Part shown: in pieces, positions 26,575 through 39,100 of the stretch | How the letters are laid out: each line of letters opens with the position of its first letter | How positions within the stretch are numbered: the first letter of the stretch is position 1 | Assembly: GCA_964016885.1 (NCBI GenBank) | Contig: OZ024743.1 | Location: forward strand, 37,820,001 to 37,884,000 | DNA: 64,000 nt | Source of the DNA: Eledone cirrhosa | Lineage: Eukaryota | Reading direction: 5' to 3' | Made by a program: the position numbers and the translations under genes | Notes under the pieces: model-generated | What the model was told of the DNA's origin: nothing | What the model saw: the letters and a program-made list of their open reading frames with translations, nothing else | The model's database searches: none

Positions 26575-27790
26575 TATTTCTTTCGCTTAATTTCGAGTAT
26601 ATTTTTTTGACCGGCCACCTTCCTGGTGGCAAGGTTGTAAAAGAAAAAAATTGTCATCCTTTGAATCGAAATAATGTTTTGCAAATTTTGAAGGTGCCAG
26701 CTATCAGAGCCATTTGTAGACTATGAATTAGGGAGCTGCGCTTTTTGTCCGCTGATCTCCACAACAGTACACGTTTTCCTACACAACGATATCAGGGCGG
26801 TTGTGCTTTAATTTGGTGGCAGTTTTTATTTTCAGGTTCCACCAGTATTCCTTAGTGCCATCTGTCTCAATATATTCATTCTTCCTCGTTTGTCGTTAAT
26901 TTTGTTTTCGAAGTGCGTTCCAGATGGTTCTAGCTATCCCATCATGTCTCATGGGGAGGTATTAGCGAGATGACATTCTTTCGCAGCTGGCAACAATGTG
27001 GCTTACAACCTCGATCTTTGTTTTACATAGCCTACATTTATTGTCAGCTGCTGGCCCTCCTCTTTTGTGCAGCAGATATTTGGTAGGGAGTTCTTGTTCC
27101 TGTATTGCATAGAGATATCCCTCAAGGTGTGATGTCATAAACTTGTTGGAACTCCATGCCAGGCTTTTTGAGTGGTTTATCCCTCTATGGTCTGTGTTTT
27201 ACGTCTCAAGTATCCATGCACAACTTTTTCTGTAAATTGGTCAATCTTTTCATCTTGTTTGAACATTGAATAGGATCTTCCGATTTCTCTGGGTGAGAGG
27301 TTTATATCAGGCTTTATTCCATATCTCTCCTCCAGATCAGTCGCTATTCTAATGATATTTCTTTTTACATGCTCAGAAGGCTGGGCAAGATGGCTGCCAA
27401 CCTTTTTCCTCTGTTGAAGGTGTTGCTTCAGTGTTACTATCCGGGTCTCATATGTTGTTAATATGGATTTTAGACCCCGGCTACCTTCCTTGCGTGAGAA
27501 GTATAGCCTATCCACATCACCATTGATGTTAAAGTTCCCAGTAACACTGAGAAGTTTGCGAGTTCTAACATCCATCTCACTTAGTTCTTGCAATGACCAG
27601 TTCAGCAGGCCAAATGTTGGCGTTAGAATTGGCACAGCATAAGTATTGTGGGCAATGTATTTGTTGTACGCTGACAGTTCTAATGACCATATTTTCTTTA
27701 CTCTTCTGAGGTATTCAGTTCTGGTTCTCTCCTTATACGCTGGTTCAGCCTTTCTGTTTGTATCTTGATTGCGTGGTTTTAGATGTGTGT
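26575..27790 (-). mobile_element. 3' part of a degraded R4/Dong-type LINE (thumb, CCHC, RLE remnant, 3' UTR)
   Basis: EYLRRVKKIW..NKYIAHN.YAVP, DVDRLYFSRKEG.RGL, IQEQEL, CRLC...HIVASC. The 3' UTR hairpin GCCACC-AGGAA-GGTGGC is followed by (CATA)n. Confidence 0.85.
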
Positions 27791-27808
27791 TATATGATAG
27801 CAATGTGA

Positions 27809-28212
27809 TTTGTCAAGGCAGAATTCTAGGAGAAGGAAAACTCTGATATAACACCTGCAACTCTGATGGTATCCAATGATGTTGACTTGTTCTTCTTTTT
27901 GGTAAATATCATCTTGGTTAAGAGAGTGGGACTGGCTTTGTGCAGTGCCTTTGCTCACTATAAAAGCTTCACGGCACAGGCATTGCTTTATATCTGGAGA
28001 TCTCTCTGCACTTGTCGTCACATGGTACCATGGGCCTAGCACTATGGGTCAATAATTGTCACAAGTGTAGTGTTTGTACCAGAGTTTTCAAGTCGCTGGC
28101 TGGACTAAAGTCACATTCGTTCAGCGCATCGGTAGGAGTTCTCCTACATGGATATAAAGTAGTGGCCATACTCGAAAACGAGTTGGCAGCCACCATGTAT
28201 GTATGTATGTAT
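27809..28212 (+). mobile_element. RTE-derived non-autonomous element, 5'-truncated copy
   Basis: Near-identical to 28795-29183. Has CTAGGAGAAGGAAAACTCTG, a C2H2 remnant CSVCTRVFKSLAGLKSH and a (TGTA)n tail. Confidence 0.8.
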
Positions 28213-28576
28213 TTTCTTCTGGTTTTATAATTTCACAAATTTTTCCCAATAAAGAGAGAGTCGGTTTCTAACATAGTTACAAGACTCTCTCATTGGAATT
28301 TACATAGCATCAACTAGGTAGATATGCATGTTTGTCTGCATGCATGTGTAGGTATGGATGTTATTGCATGTGTGGATGTGGATGTTTTGAGTTGTATGTG
28401 TGCATGTGCATATGCTTTGTATCTATTTTGTATCATATGCAGTTATTAGATGCAAAATATTTGGAATGTTTTACATATTTTACTGTTCCATTAATGTATT
28501 GTACTTGTAATTTCCTAACTAGTCGTGTATGTATGTATGTATGTATGTATGTATGTATGTATGTATGTATGTATGT

Positions 28577-29205
28577 CAGGTCACCAGTTGGTGCTACTGG
28601 TAACATGTATCCCAGTACAACCTGTCCCATGGTCGGGTCGTTGGCGACTAAACTGGCAACCCCACCAAGGTTTCTTGGTGAGGAGGGTGACTTTGGACAT
28701 CCTGCAGGACTAAAAACAAAACCTGTCAAAGGGCAAAGGAGCTCTTAAGAGTCAATGGCCATCCAAAATCACCGGGAGAGATGACCCCTTAGCCTTTGTC
28801 AAGGCAGAATTCTAGGAGAAGGAAAACTCTGATATAACACCTGCAACCCTGATGGTATCCAATGATGTTGACTTGTTCTTCTTTTTGGTAAATATCATCT
28901 TGGTTAAGAGAGTGGGACTGGCTTTGTGCAGTGCCTTTGCTCACTATAAAAGCTTCACGGCACAGGCATTGCTTTATATCTGGAGATCTCTCTGCACTTG
29001 TCGTCACATGGTACCATGGGCCCAGCACTATGTGTCAGTAATTGTCACAAGTGTAGTGTTTGTACCAGAGTTTTCAAGTCGCTGGCTGGACTAAAAAGTC
29101 ACACGCGTTCAGCGCATCGGTAGGGGTTCTCCTACATGGATATAAAGTAGTGGCCGTACTCGAAAACGAGTTGGCAGCCACCATGTATGTATGTATGTAT
29201 GTATG

Positions 29206-29234
<29 letters not shown>
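28577..29234 (+). mobile_element. RTE-derived bipartite non-autonomous element, apparently full length, between (TATG)n tracts
   Basis: Structured 5' region joined to the last zinc finger and 3' terminus, which are homologous to the RTE at 36170-39990. Confidence 0.8.
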
Positions 29235-29236
<2 letters not shown>

Positions 29237-29360
29237 GGGCGGAAGAACTCATAACAGTCAACGGCCATCCAAAAGTGTGTAAATATGTATATACACATGT
29301 ATATATGTGTGTATATGTGTATATGTGTATATATACATGGGTTCATGTGTATGTATATGC

Positions 29361-29780
29361 ACGGGGACATAGAAATAGTCGGGCTGGACACACGATCGCG
29401 CGGTTAAGTGAAGGACCCCTAGCGTTTGTCAGGGCATTCTTCTAGGAGAAGGCAACTCTGGAAACTGGGATAACTCTTATATAAAACCTGCGGCTCAGTA
29501 GTTACCGATGATGTTGATCTTACCTTCTTCTAGGGTTATAGCTACTGTCACTCAGAGAGTGGGATTGGCTCAGTGGACAGTCTTTGCTCACTTAAAAAAA
29601 ATCTTCACGCACAGGCATTGCACGATAGAAGTAATTAATAATTATTAATAATGGTATATCGTGCAATGGTCATACTCGATAACGAGGGGGCAGCCATCAT
29701 GTGTGTATGTATGTATGTATGTATGTATGTATGTATGTATGTATGTATGTATGTATGTATGTATGTATGTATGTATGTAT
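29361..29780 (+). mobile_element. Second subfamily of RTE-derived short element with (TATG)n tail
   Basis: Starts ACGGGGACATAGAAATA, shares CTAGGAGAAGG and GAGAGTGGGA blocks, ends GAGGGGGCAGCCATCA-(TGTA)n. Confidence 0.75.
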
Positions 29781-30761
29781 GAGGGAGCTTATAGATAGGA
29801 CAACACACGCTGTCTTTTCGTGGGGTAAGTTTTTAATTAATTTTTGTATTCTGAAACATCAAAATACAACAATATTTTGGTCACTGGACTCGCGAATGTC
29901 ACGACAGAAGTTTGTGGAAGGTACACAAATATTTTAGTATATTTTAGCAGAGCAATCCTTATTTATATTATACATTTTACATTTACTTATATCTCAATAT
30001 AACATGGCTAAAATTCAAATTTTGCAAAGAGAAGAAAACGGTCAAATGAACTAGATACATCTCACTGTCCCCCACCACCACAATAACGTCTACACTCTCT
30101 CCCCACCATCACATGTCATTACCCTATCTAGACTAAAGTCATCTACTCTCTGTTGAATGTGTATATATATATATGTATGTATATATGTGTGTATATACAT
30201 CACTCAGTCAAACGACCAGATTTCAACCCCAACATCTACAACAACAACACCGGCACTAATGTTTACAGCAACAACAACAGCTTCAGAATGAACTGAAATG
30301 AACATTTACAACAACAACAACAGCGGCATCAAAAGATAAAAAAAAGAAAGGGAAGGGGAAAAAAAAAGGAAAAAAAAACAAACTCAAAATAAAAAAAACA
30401 CACACACACACGCACACAACACAACAACAACATCAACTGCCACCACCACCACTACTGCCGCCGCCATCACCATCACCAGCGACCGGGCCTTAAGAAAACA
30501 ACTTTAATAATCATTTTTCTGCTTTTGGCACGGATCCAGCGACTGGCCCAGCGCATCACTGGTACTCTCTTTTGTTGACTCCGTGGGGAAGAAAGGCAAG
30601 GTTGACCTCGGCGGGATTTGAGCTCAGAGCGTGGAGGGCCGTGCTCTATGCTGTAAAGCAATTATAATAATACTGGACTGTAGTACGATCGGCTTCAACT
30701 ATACAAACTCTTGAAAGTCAACAGTTGACATAATCTTGTAATCTTGTATCATTAATGACGG

Positions 30762-30835
<74 letters not shown>

Positions 30836-30965
30836 AAGTGAGTAGAGTAGCGTGTGTGTGTTTGTTTGTATGTATGAGTGTTGCTGTGTGCGCGCGTGAG
30901 TAGCGTGTATGTGTGTGTCGTGCGTATAAGTGTCAATAAGTGATTTTTTTTTTTTTTTTTTTTGT

Positions 30966-31265
30966 ACGGGGACATAGAAATAATCGGGCTGGATGCCCGA
31001 TCACGCAGTTAAACCACTGGGAGTGAAGAACCTCTAGCCCTTGTTAAGGCATTCTTCTAGGAGAAGGCGTCTCAGGAAACTGGGTTAACTCGGACATAAA
31101 ACCTGCAGCTCAGTAGTTACCGATGAGGTTGATCTTTTCTTCTTTTCGGGTTATAGCTACTGTCGCTCAGAGAGTGGGATTGGCTCAGTGCACAGTCTTT
31201 CCTCACTTTAACAGTATTCGTCACGCCGTCATTGCACGAGTGCATTAATAATTATTAATAGTGTA
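30966..31265 (+). mobile_element. Copy of the second subfamily, interrupted at its AT-rich loop
   Basis: Collinear with 29361-29650, then runs into the (TTA)n tail of the Dong-type LINE. Confidence 0.75.
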
Positions 31266-31297
31266 CTATTATTATTATTATTATTATTGTTATTATT

Positions 31298-34200
31298 CCT
31301 TGAATCTCAGTCATTGATGTTAGTTAACTGGAAAGTCCGTTGGAATGAATATCAAGCCACTACCTGCAGCCTCAGATATTCAGGACGTATCGGAGGGTTC
31401 TTGCTGTTCCCAGCAAGCATGCCTTTTGAAGCGTTCCAAAAAGCGTGAATGGGCCGATTTTCTTTAACCATACCTGAAAACTTTTGGAGATAGTCCCCAG
31501 TGCGCCTATGACAATCGGGATCACTTTGACTTCATGGCAGTTCCAAATCCTTTTTACCTCCCACTTTAAGTCCTGGTATCGGTTAATTTTCTCCCTCTCC
31601 TTCTCTTGCACTGTCGTGTCGAATCGGCAGGCCACATCCACAATCAGACACAATTTTCTTTCTTTGTCCACAACCACCAGGTCAGGTCTATTGTGTTCCA
31701 GTTTCTTGTCCGTCTGTATCCTAAAATCCCACAGCACCTTCACCTGATCGTTCTCCATCACCGCCTCTGGCTTATGCTCATACCATTTCTCAGAATGTGG
31801 TAAACTGTTCACTTTGCACAGGTGCCAGTGGTCACCCTGCCCATCACATCATATCTCCAGCCCTTATAGTGGGTCTGGGCTAGGTATTTACACTCGGATA
31901 CAATGTGAGCCACAGTCTCCTCTCTCCACAGATCCTGCACAGTGGGCTAGCCTCCTCCTTGTAAATATGGTGTTTCAACCACTTCGTTTTGAGGGCCTGC
32001 CCCTGCGCAGCCATTAACATTCCTTCTGTTGCCTTTTTGAGGTCTCCTCTTCTCAACCAGTTCCATGTCTGTGGATCTCTAAATTCAGTTTTCTCAAAGA
32101 AGGTACTATGAAGGGATTTTCCCTGAAGGCTGCTCTTTCTCCTTGATGTTATTTCCTCCTTGGACATCCCCTGGCCTATTGTCCCCTCCTTCAGTAAAGT
32201 TCTGAGCATTGGCTCCTTACTATCAGTCACGTATTTGTGTAGGTTGTTTTACTCCATCTGAACACGGTCCTCTATGCTGATAAGACCTCTTCCACCCTCA
32301 GATCTCCTTAGGCAGAGTCTATCGACATCACTCCTCTTGTGGAAGATGTTGTAGATAGTCAATAGCTTCCTATCTTCCTATCCATTTCTTTTTGTTCAGC
32401 AACATTCCATCTCAGAATTCCCGCACTGTATCTAATAATAGACACAGCTCGGGAATATACTGCGCTTATGGCATTTCTGCTGTTCAGATGTGACTTCAAT
32501 ACGCTCCTTACTCTCCGAATGTATTCAGTTCTTAACAATTCCTTCATTTTTTTGTTCTTTATGCCATCAGCCTCCAGAACGCCCAAATACTTGTATCCTT
32601 CCTCAGAGTCAATTTCCTTTATCATCTCACCTGTTGGTATCTGGATTCCGTTACTTCTGCTCAACCTACCCCTCCTCATCACAGTGACTCCACACTTATT
32701 AATACCAAACTGCATACATATATCACTGCTGAAAATGCGGACAGTGTCAACAAACACATCCAACTCCTTCTCACTCTTCCCGAAGAGCTTAAGATCGTCC
32801 ATGAAGAGGAGGTGATTGATGGTAAGCTCTCCCTTTCCCAACTTGTATCCTGCTCTCACTTTTAGCAGCATAATGGTCAGGGGCATCAGGGCAAGGACAA
32901 ACAACAGAGGGGACAGGCTATCTCCCTGGAAGATACCTCTCTTGATCTTCACGCTTCCCAAGGATTCTCCAGTTGATGTCAACTCTGTTTCCCAGGACCT
33001 CATACTCCTGCCCAGCAACTGTCTGATGTTATCTGCCACCTTGAAGATCTCCAGGCTTTTGGTGATCCAAGAATGAAGCACCATGTCAAATGCCTTTCTG
33101 TAGTCTATCCATCTCATGGCAAGATCAGTGTGTCTCCTCCTGCAATTCCCCATTACCATCTTATCAATAAGTAACTGGTCCTTTGTACCACGTGACTTCT
33201 TTCGGCATCCTATCTGTTCGTCCGGTAACAAGTTGTTTGTGTGGAGGTGATGGTAGATTTCCTCAGACACAATGCTCGTCAACAGTTTCCACATTACGGA
33301 CAGACATGTGATAGGTCTATAGTTGGTAACATCATTACCCTTGATTCGGTCTTTCATTATCAGAACTGTGGTACCTTTTGTCAACCACTCTGGTGCCTCA
33401 CCTGGCATCAAGCAGTCATTGAACATGGTTGTTAGTTTCGGGTGGAGAGATGTTAAATTTTTAATCCAATACCCCTGCACACCATCTGGGCCTGGTGATT
33501 TCCAGTTTGTTAGTTTTTTGGCCTGCCCCTTAAGAGTTTCAACTGTGATACTCAAATCAGTTTGTTGGTGTGCCTGCCCACCGATCTCCCTCTGTACTGT
33601 CTCAATCCACCCTGCCTGGTCATTATGTCTAACATCCTGCTCCCATATTCCTCTCCAGAATGTTTTAGTTTGTTCCGCCTCAGCGATCAAGTCGTTGCCT
33701 CTATCTTTCCCCTCAAGCTGTCCAAACAGCATCTTCTGGTTGTTGTCGAACATGCGGTTCTGCTTATACTGACTGACTCTGTTCTCGTATCGCCTGATTT
33801 TTGCACTCTTTGCTACAATTCGTTGCTTCAGTTCCTCTATGATAATATTTAGCTTTTTCCTCCTAGTTTTGTACTTTATTTCCAGTCTATTTTTAGTGCC
33901 TATGTTTTTTAATGTCCCATTCAGTAGTGACTCAAGCTTTCCAATGTCATTTCTCATTTCCCTGATTTGACCACTCAGTCGTTTCTTCCACCAAGGCTCT
34001 GCTCTTTCTTGTCTGTTGTTTCCTCTCGCTTTTATACCAAGTAGTTTCCTCACCGTATTTGCTGTTGCTTTGAGGATATTGTTGCACTGGTGAAGGCTCC
34101 TCGCCTCAAGGTATGGGATGACTTTGTTTACCTTAGCTATTGTTTCTTTTAACTTGTTCCTGTCTACAAATCTTAGGTTCATAGGTCTCCCACTATCATT

Positions 34201-34893
34201 GTTCAATTCATCTACCACTAAATTTAGGATGTCAACCGAATCTTGTCCTAGCCCGTCAGCATTCATCTCCTCAGTGGCCGTATCTCTGTTCCAGGTATTA
34301 TTTATCTCAGTATTCAGATCATTGTCTGCTTCGGGTGGTACCTCCGTTCTCTCGACCTCTTCACCTTCATTTCCCACTGGCTCGTTTGCCTGGCATACTC
34401 CACCCTCCATCTCCAAGCTAATCTCTCTGCTCAGTTCCTCCAGTTCCAGCTCGCTTATCCACCCATTAGTTCTTATTACCCGAGCCTGTCCGGCCAATTT
34501 TTGTTCATCTAATTTAAATAGACCAATCTCGTTCCAGATGTTATGCATCCGTCTCCTATAGCCCCTCTCCTTGGGGTTACTTTTCAGGTAACATTGCATA
34601 ACAGTTCTATTCAATTCTTTCGTCCAGTTGGTTCTGGTCCCTTTCCCTCTTCTTCTTCCTCCGACACCAGTAGTATTTGGTTGACAGCCAGGTTCCTGCT
34701 GCTGAGCCAGGGAGCACCTGTTGGGTGAGAGTCTGTCACATGACGTTCTAGTCTCCATTTCACCGTTATTCGAACTGTTTAGGTTCGATATTTAAACACT
34801 CTTATCGAGGATTGGCGAATGTGTGGTTACATAACCATGTGTGGATTCACCTTCTCCGGTGGTTGCGCCGCTCCACTTGGCTCTTGTGTGGCA
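31298..34893 (-). mobile_element. Near-intact R4/Dong-type LINE (RT + CCHC + restriction-like endonuclease) with (TAA)n tail
   Basis: 799-aa ORF with WTKELN..MQCY, SPGPDG, NYRPITCL, WIDYRKAFD, QGDSLSPLLF, FMDD. Downstream frames give CRICGE and RPDLVVVD..VDVA..EK..RY. The 3' end abuts TAA repeats. Confidence 0.93.
31372..34758 (-). pseudogene. Single polyprotein ORF of the R4/Dong-type LINE, broken by a few frameshifts in the 3' third
   Basis: ORF track segments 32359-34758, 31880-32230 and 31372-31812 are collinear domains. Confidence 0.9.
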
Positions 34894-35280
34894 TTATCAC
34901 CACGCTAGACGAACACAAATAAACAAACAAACACACAGGCAGAAAAAACCCCAAAAATGAATAAGCATAAGTTTCATTGTAATGTAGTGTTCGAATGTCT
35001 GACTTAGTTTCTCCCTTCTCTTCACTGTCCGTCCGCTTGTTTCTCTCTTCATTCTTATTTTCATTACGTTTTTTTTTGTTTTTGCTTTTCTCTGTTTTTT
35101 TTGTTTTTTTTTTCTGTTGTTGCTGTGCTGCTTTGGTTTTGATGTTTGTTTTTTCTTTTTTCTTTTGAGTCTATCTATATATTTTGATGCCTTCCTCTTT
35201 TTTAGTAGGAATTCTATAATGTGGTGGCAGCAACTAGCAGGAAGCAATGGGAGAGAATAGCGGCGGTAGCGATACTGAGA

Positions 35281-35492
35281 CAGTGGTGGTGGTGATGTGA
35301 TCGTATTACTGTAGTGATGGTGTTGTAGCTGTGGTAGCAATGAAGGAGTGGTGGCGGCGGTGATGGGATAGTGGTAGTAATGATGGCAGTGGTGGTGGTG
35401 ATGTGGTCGTATTACTGTAGTGATGGTGTTGTAGCGGTGGTAGGAATGAAGGAGTGGTGGCGGCGGTGATGGGATAGTGGTAGTAATGATGG
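35281..35492. repeat. Tandem duplication of a ~106-bp GGT-rich unit
   Basis: CAGTGGTGGTGGTGATGTG...GTAGTAATGATGG occurs twice with few differences. Confidence 0.85.
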
Positions 35493-36169
35493 ATGGGCGG
35501 CGTTGTCGTTGCTGATGTCCGTTCGGTGAATCTATGGGGTTAGTCGTATATGTGTTGACATAAATTCCCTTAATGTTGGAGTTAAACATTTTGTTAAAAC
35601 TTGGGACAATAATAATAGTATTTATTATTATCATTATTATGTTGAGATTGGTTGTGGTGGTGGTGAAATTGCCGTTATCTGGCTGTTGTGTTTAGTGTAC
35701 ACAGAGAGGTGATGGGGTAGGCGGTGTATCTAGTTTCTGGTGTTGGTGAGATTGGTGTTGTTTGGCTGTTCTATATAGTGTAGACGGAGGATGGGGGGGG
35801 GATTCTTCTTCTTCTTCCATTTATAGCCATTTTCTTTTTTGAATATACAATGTACAATACAAAGTTGAATATTTGAATATTTGAGCCTTATACCAATATA
35901 TTTTGGGTCCGAATTTTTTTGGGGTTCAAGCCGGATGCTTTACGTAGCATTTGTACTAAGAGTTGTTATTTCACAAATGATTTAAATATGTTAAAAATTC
36001 AAAACTTACGGGAGCGATTTCATGACCTTCTACCACTTCGTGCGTCTTCTTCCCTTATTATTATTATTATTATTACTTTTTTTTTTTTTTTTTTTCAAAT
36101 TCAATGATGTTCCAGAACAATATAAAAGAGATAATTGGCAATTTAGGTTCTGGAACAAAAAAGATCATT

Positions 36170-39100
36170 GGCAATAAGGGCAGAGGCCCCAGGTTATGAC
36201 AGCCTGGGCCCGCTCGTCATCGTGCCATTGTAATAGAGCCAAACAGGGCATTTAGTCTTGGCTGCTGGAACGTACGGTCGCTGCTTGACAGGGATTCCTT
36301 GGGGCGTCCTGAACGAAGAACCGCTCTTGTTGCAAAGGAGCTTCGACGTTACGATCTTGACATCGTGGCTTTATCTGAGACGAGGCTAGCTGGAGATGGT
36401 CATCTTACGGAATTTTGTGGAGAATATACATTCTTCTGGAAAGGAAGAGGTGAAGGAACCAGAAGAGAGGCTGGGGTAGGATTTGCTGTTAAGACTGTGC
36501 TTGTAAACAAATTAGAAGAATTCCCAGTAGGGATTAGTGAGCGTCTTATGTCCATGAGAGTTCCGCTGGACAAGGGAAGATATGCTACCCTGGTGAGTGT
36601 GTATGCTCTAACTATGAGTTCTGTCGATGAGGAAAATGTGTCCTTTTACCATGCCATGAAAGGTGTTTTAAGAAATATCCCTCAGGCAGACAAAGTCATC
36701 GTGCTTGGTGACTTTAATGCTAGAGTGGGTATGGATTTTAACACATGGAATGTAATCGGAAGGCATGGGGTGGGAAAGTGTAACAGCAATGGTATGCTCC
36801 TGCTGCAGATGTGTGAGGAGCTGGATCTGTGTGTTACCAACACCATGTTCCAATAAAAGAACAAATTCAAGACCACATGGATGCATCCTGCATCTAAGGA
36901 ATGGCATCTTTTGGACTACGTCCTAGTCAGGATGCGTGACAGACAGGATATGCAGTGTGTTCGTGTTCTTCGTGGAGCTGAGTGCTGGACGGACCACCGC
37001 CTGGTACGCGCAAAAGTGAAACTAATCACTAAACGTAAAATCCGGGCTCCTGGTGTTGCCCTGCCCAAAAGATTGAATGCTGCTCGTCTTAAGGATAAAA
37101 ATGTGAAGAGGACATTGGAAGAAGAGATGCAGGCTGCAGATCTTGGTGAGGATTGGCCGACCCTTAAAAAGTCGGTTTATGATGTATGCAGGCGTGTTCT
37201 GGGATTGGCGCAGAGGAAACATCAGGACTGGTTTGATGAGAATGATGTACATATAGAGGACTTGTTGGCTGATAAGAGGCGTGCTCTGTCACGCTACTTG
37301 ACGGCAAAACCCCAGGAGAGGAATACGTTGCATGAGGAACTTAGGGATGTAAAATCACGTGTTAGGCGGAGTCTTTCTCAGATGAAGGATCAGTGATGGA
37401 GTGAGAAGGCTGGTGAGATACAAACTGCGTCTGATTCCAATAACACAAAGCTGTTGTACGGTCTCTTGCATGAGGTTTATGGACCGTCTTCTTCTCTGGT
37501 GACACCGCTTCGCAGCAAGGATGGCAAAGAACTTCTTCGTGACTCACAAGGAATTCTACGAAGGTGGCGAGAGCACTTTGATGATCTTTTGAATCAGCCG
37601 TCTGTCGTCAGTGAAGATTTCCTCAATCTCATTCCAGAAAGTCCTGTGAAAGTAGCTCTCGCAGAACCTCCGACGCTTGTGGAGGTTGCAGTGGCTATTT
37701 CGAAGCTGAACAGTGGAAGATGTCCAGGTATGGATGGCATACATGCTGAGCTCCTACAATATGGTGGTGAGAGACTCCTGCAACATCTTCACTCTTTGTT
37801 TGGCCGGATATGGGCTAATGAATCCGTACCTGAGGACTGGAGAGATGCAGTAATGGTGGTCTTGTACAAGGGAAAGGGTAACAGGAAGGATTGTGGGAAC
37901 TACAGAGGTATATCATTGCTTTCTGTCGCAGGGAAAGTTTTATGTAGGGTGCCTCTGGACCGTCTGCTGACACACATTGCAGATTGTGTTCTTCCTGAAA
38001 GTCAATCTGGTTTTCGTGCTGGACGCGGCACTACTGATATGATCTTCTCAGCTAGACAGCTCCAGGAGAAGTGCATGGAACAAGGCTTGGATCTGTATCA
38101 GGTTTTTGTCGATCTGACAAAAGCTTTCGATACTGTTAACAGAGATGCATTATGGAAGGTTCTCCAGAAACTTGGTTGCCCTGATAAGTTCCTTGTTTTA
38201 GTTAGGTCTTTCCATGACGATATGAAGGCTTGGGTTAATGTGGGGGGTAACATGTCGGAGCCTATCTCAGTAAAAAATGGAGTGAAACAGGGGGATATTC
38301 CAGCACCGTCCCTGTTTGCCATATACTTTGCAATGGTTTTCTGTATTGCATTCAGGAATTGCGAGCATGGTGTTTACATCCGATATCGAACCTCAGGCAG
38401 CATATTTAACATCAGGCGCTTTGCTGCGAAGACAAAAGTATTTACATCAACCATAAGAGACCTCTTGTATGCAGATGATTGCGATCTTGTAGCACACACA
38501 GAGAGTGATATGCAGCACATTTTGAATACATTTTCTGACGCTTGCACTGCCCTAGGTCTGACTGTCAGTCTCAAGTAAACCGTCGTCATGTACCAACCTG
38601 CCCTGGTAAGCAGTACACTGAACCAAACATCTATGTGTAGGGCAAACGACTTGGAGTGGTTGATCAGTTTGTCTACCTGGGAAGCACTGTCAATCGATAC
38701 AGCAACCTTGACAGTGAAATCTCACTTAGGATTAGGAAAGCAAGTGATGCTTTCGGAAAGCTAGAAAGGCGACTCTGGGGTCGGCGAGATATATGCAGGA
38801 GGACAAAGGTAAAGGTGTACAGGGCATGTGTGCTCTCTTGTCTTCTTTATGCCTGCGAGACCTGGGTCACATATCGACACCACCTTAAGCAATTGGATCG
38901 TTTCCATCAGATGTGTCTCAGACGGATCCATGGCGTTCACTGGAGGGACCACATCAGTGATGTCGAGATTTTGGAAAGCTCTATGTGTGACAGTATAAAA
39001 GCTCTTGTGCTTAAGCAACGACTCCGTTGGAGTGGTCACCTTGCCAGGATGAAGGATTCTAGAATACCAAAACAACTCTTTTATGGAGAGTCGGTTAAAG

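Noticed and set aside
33323-34561. Antisense ORFs over the LINEs (also 19052-19677 and 38098-39383)
   Set aside because: Shadow frames of retrotransposon coding sequence.
34760-34893. HDV-like ribozyme at the 5' end of the Dong-type LINE
   Set aside because: Short hairpins exist, but I could not fit P1/P1.1/P2/P3/P4.
34897-35634. 245-aa His/Pro/Lys-rich ORF
   Set aside because: Built from CCA/CAT repeats, a 106-bp duplication and A-rich tracts; no domain signal.
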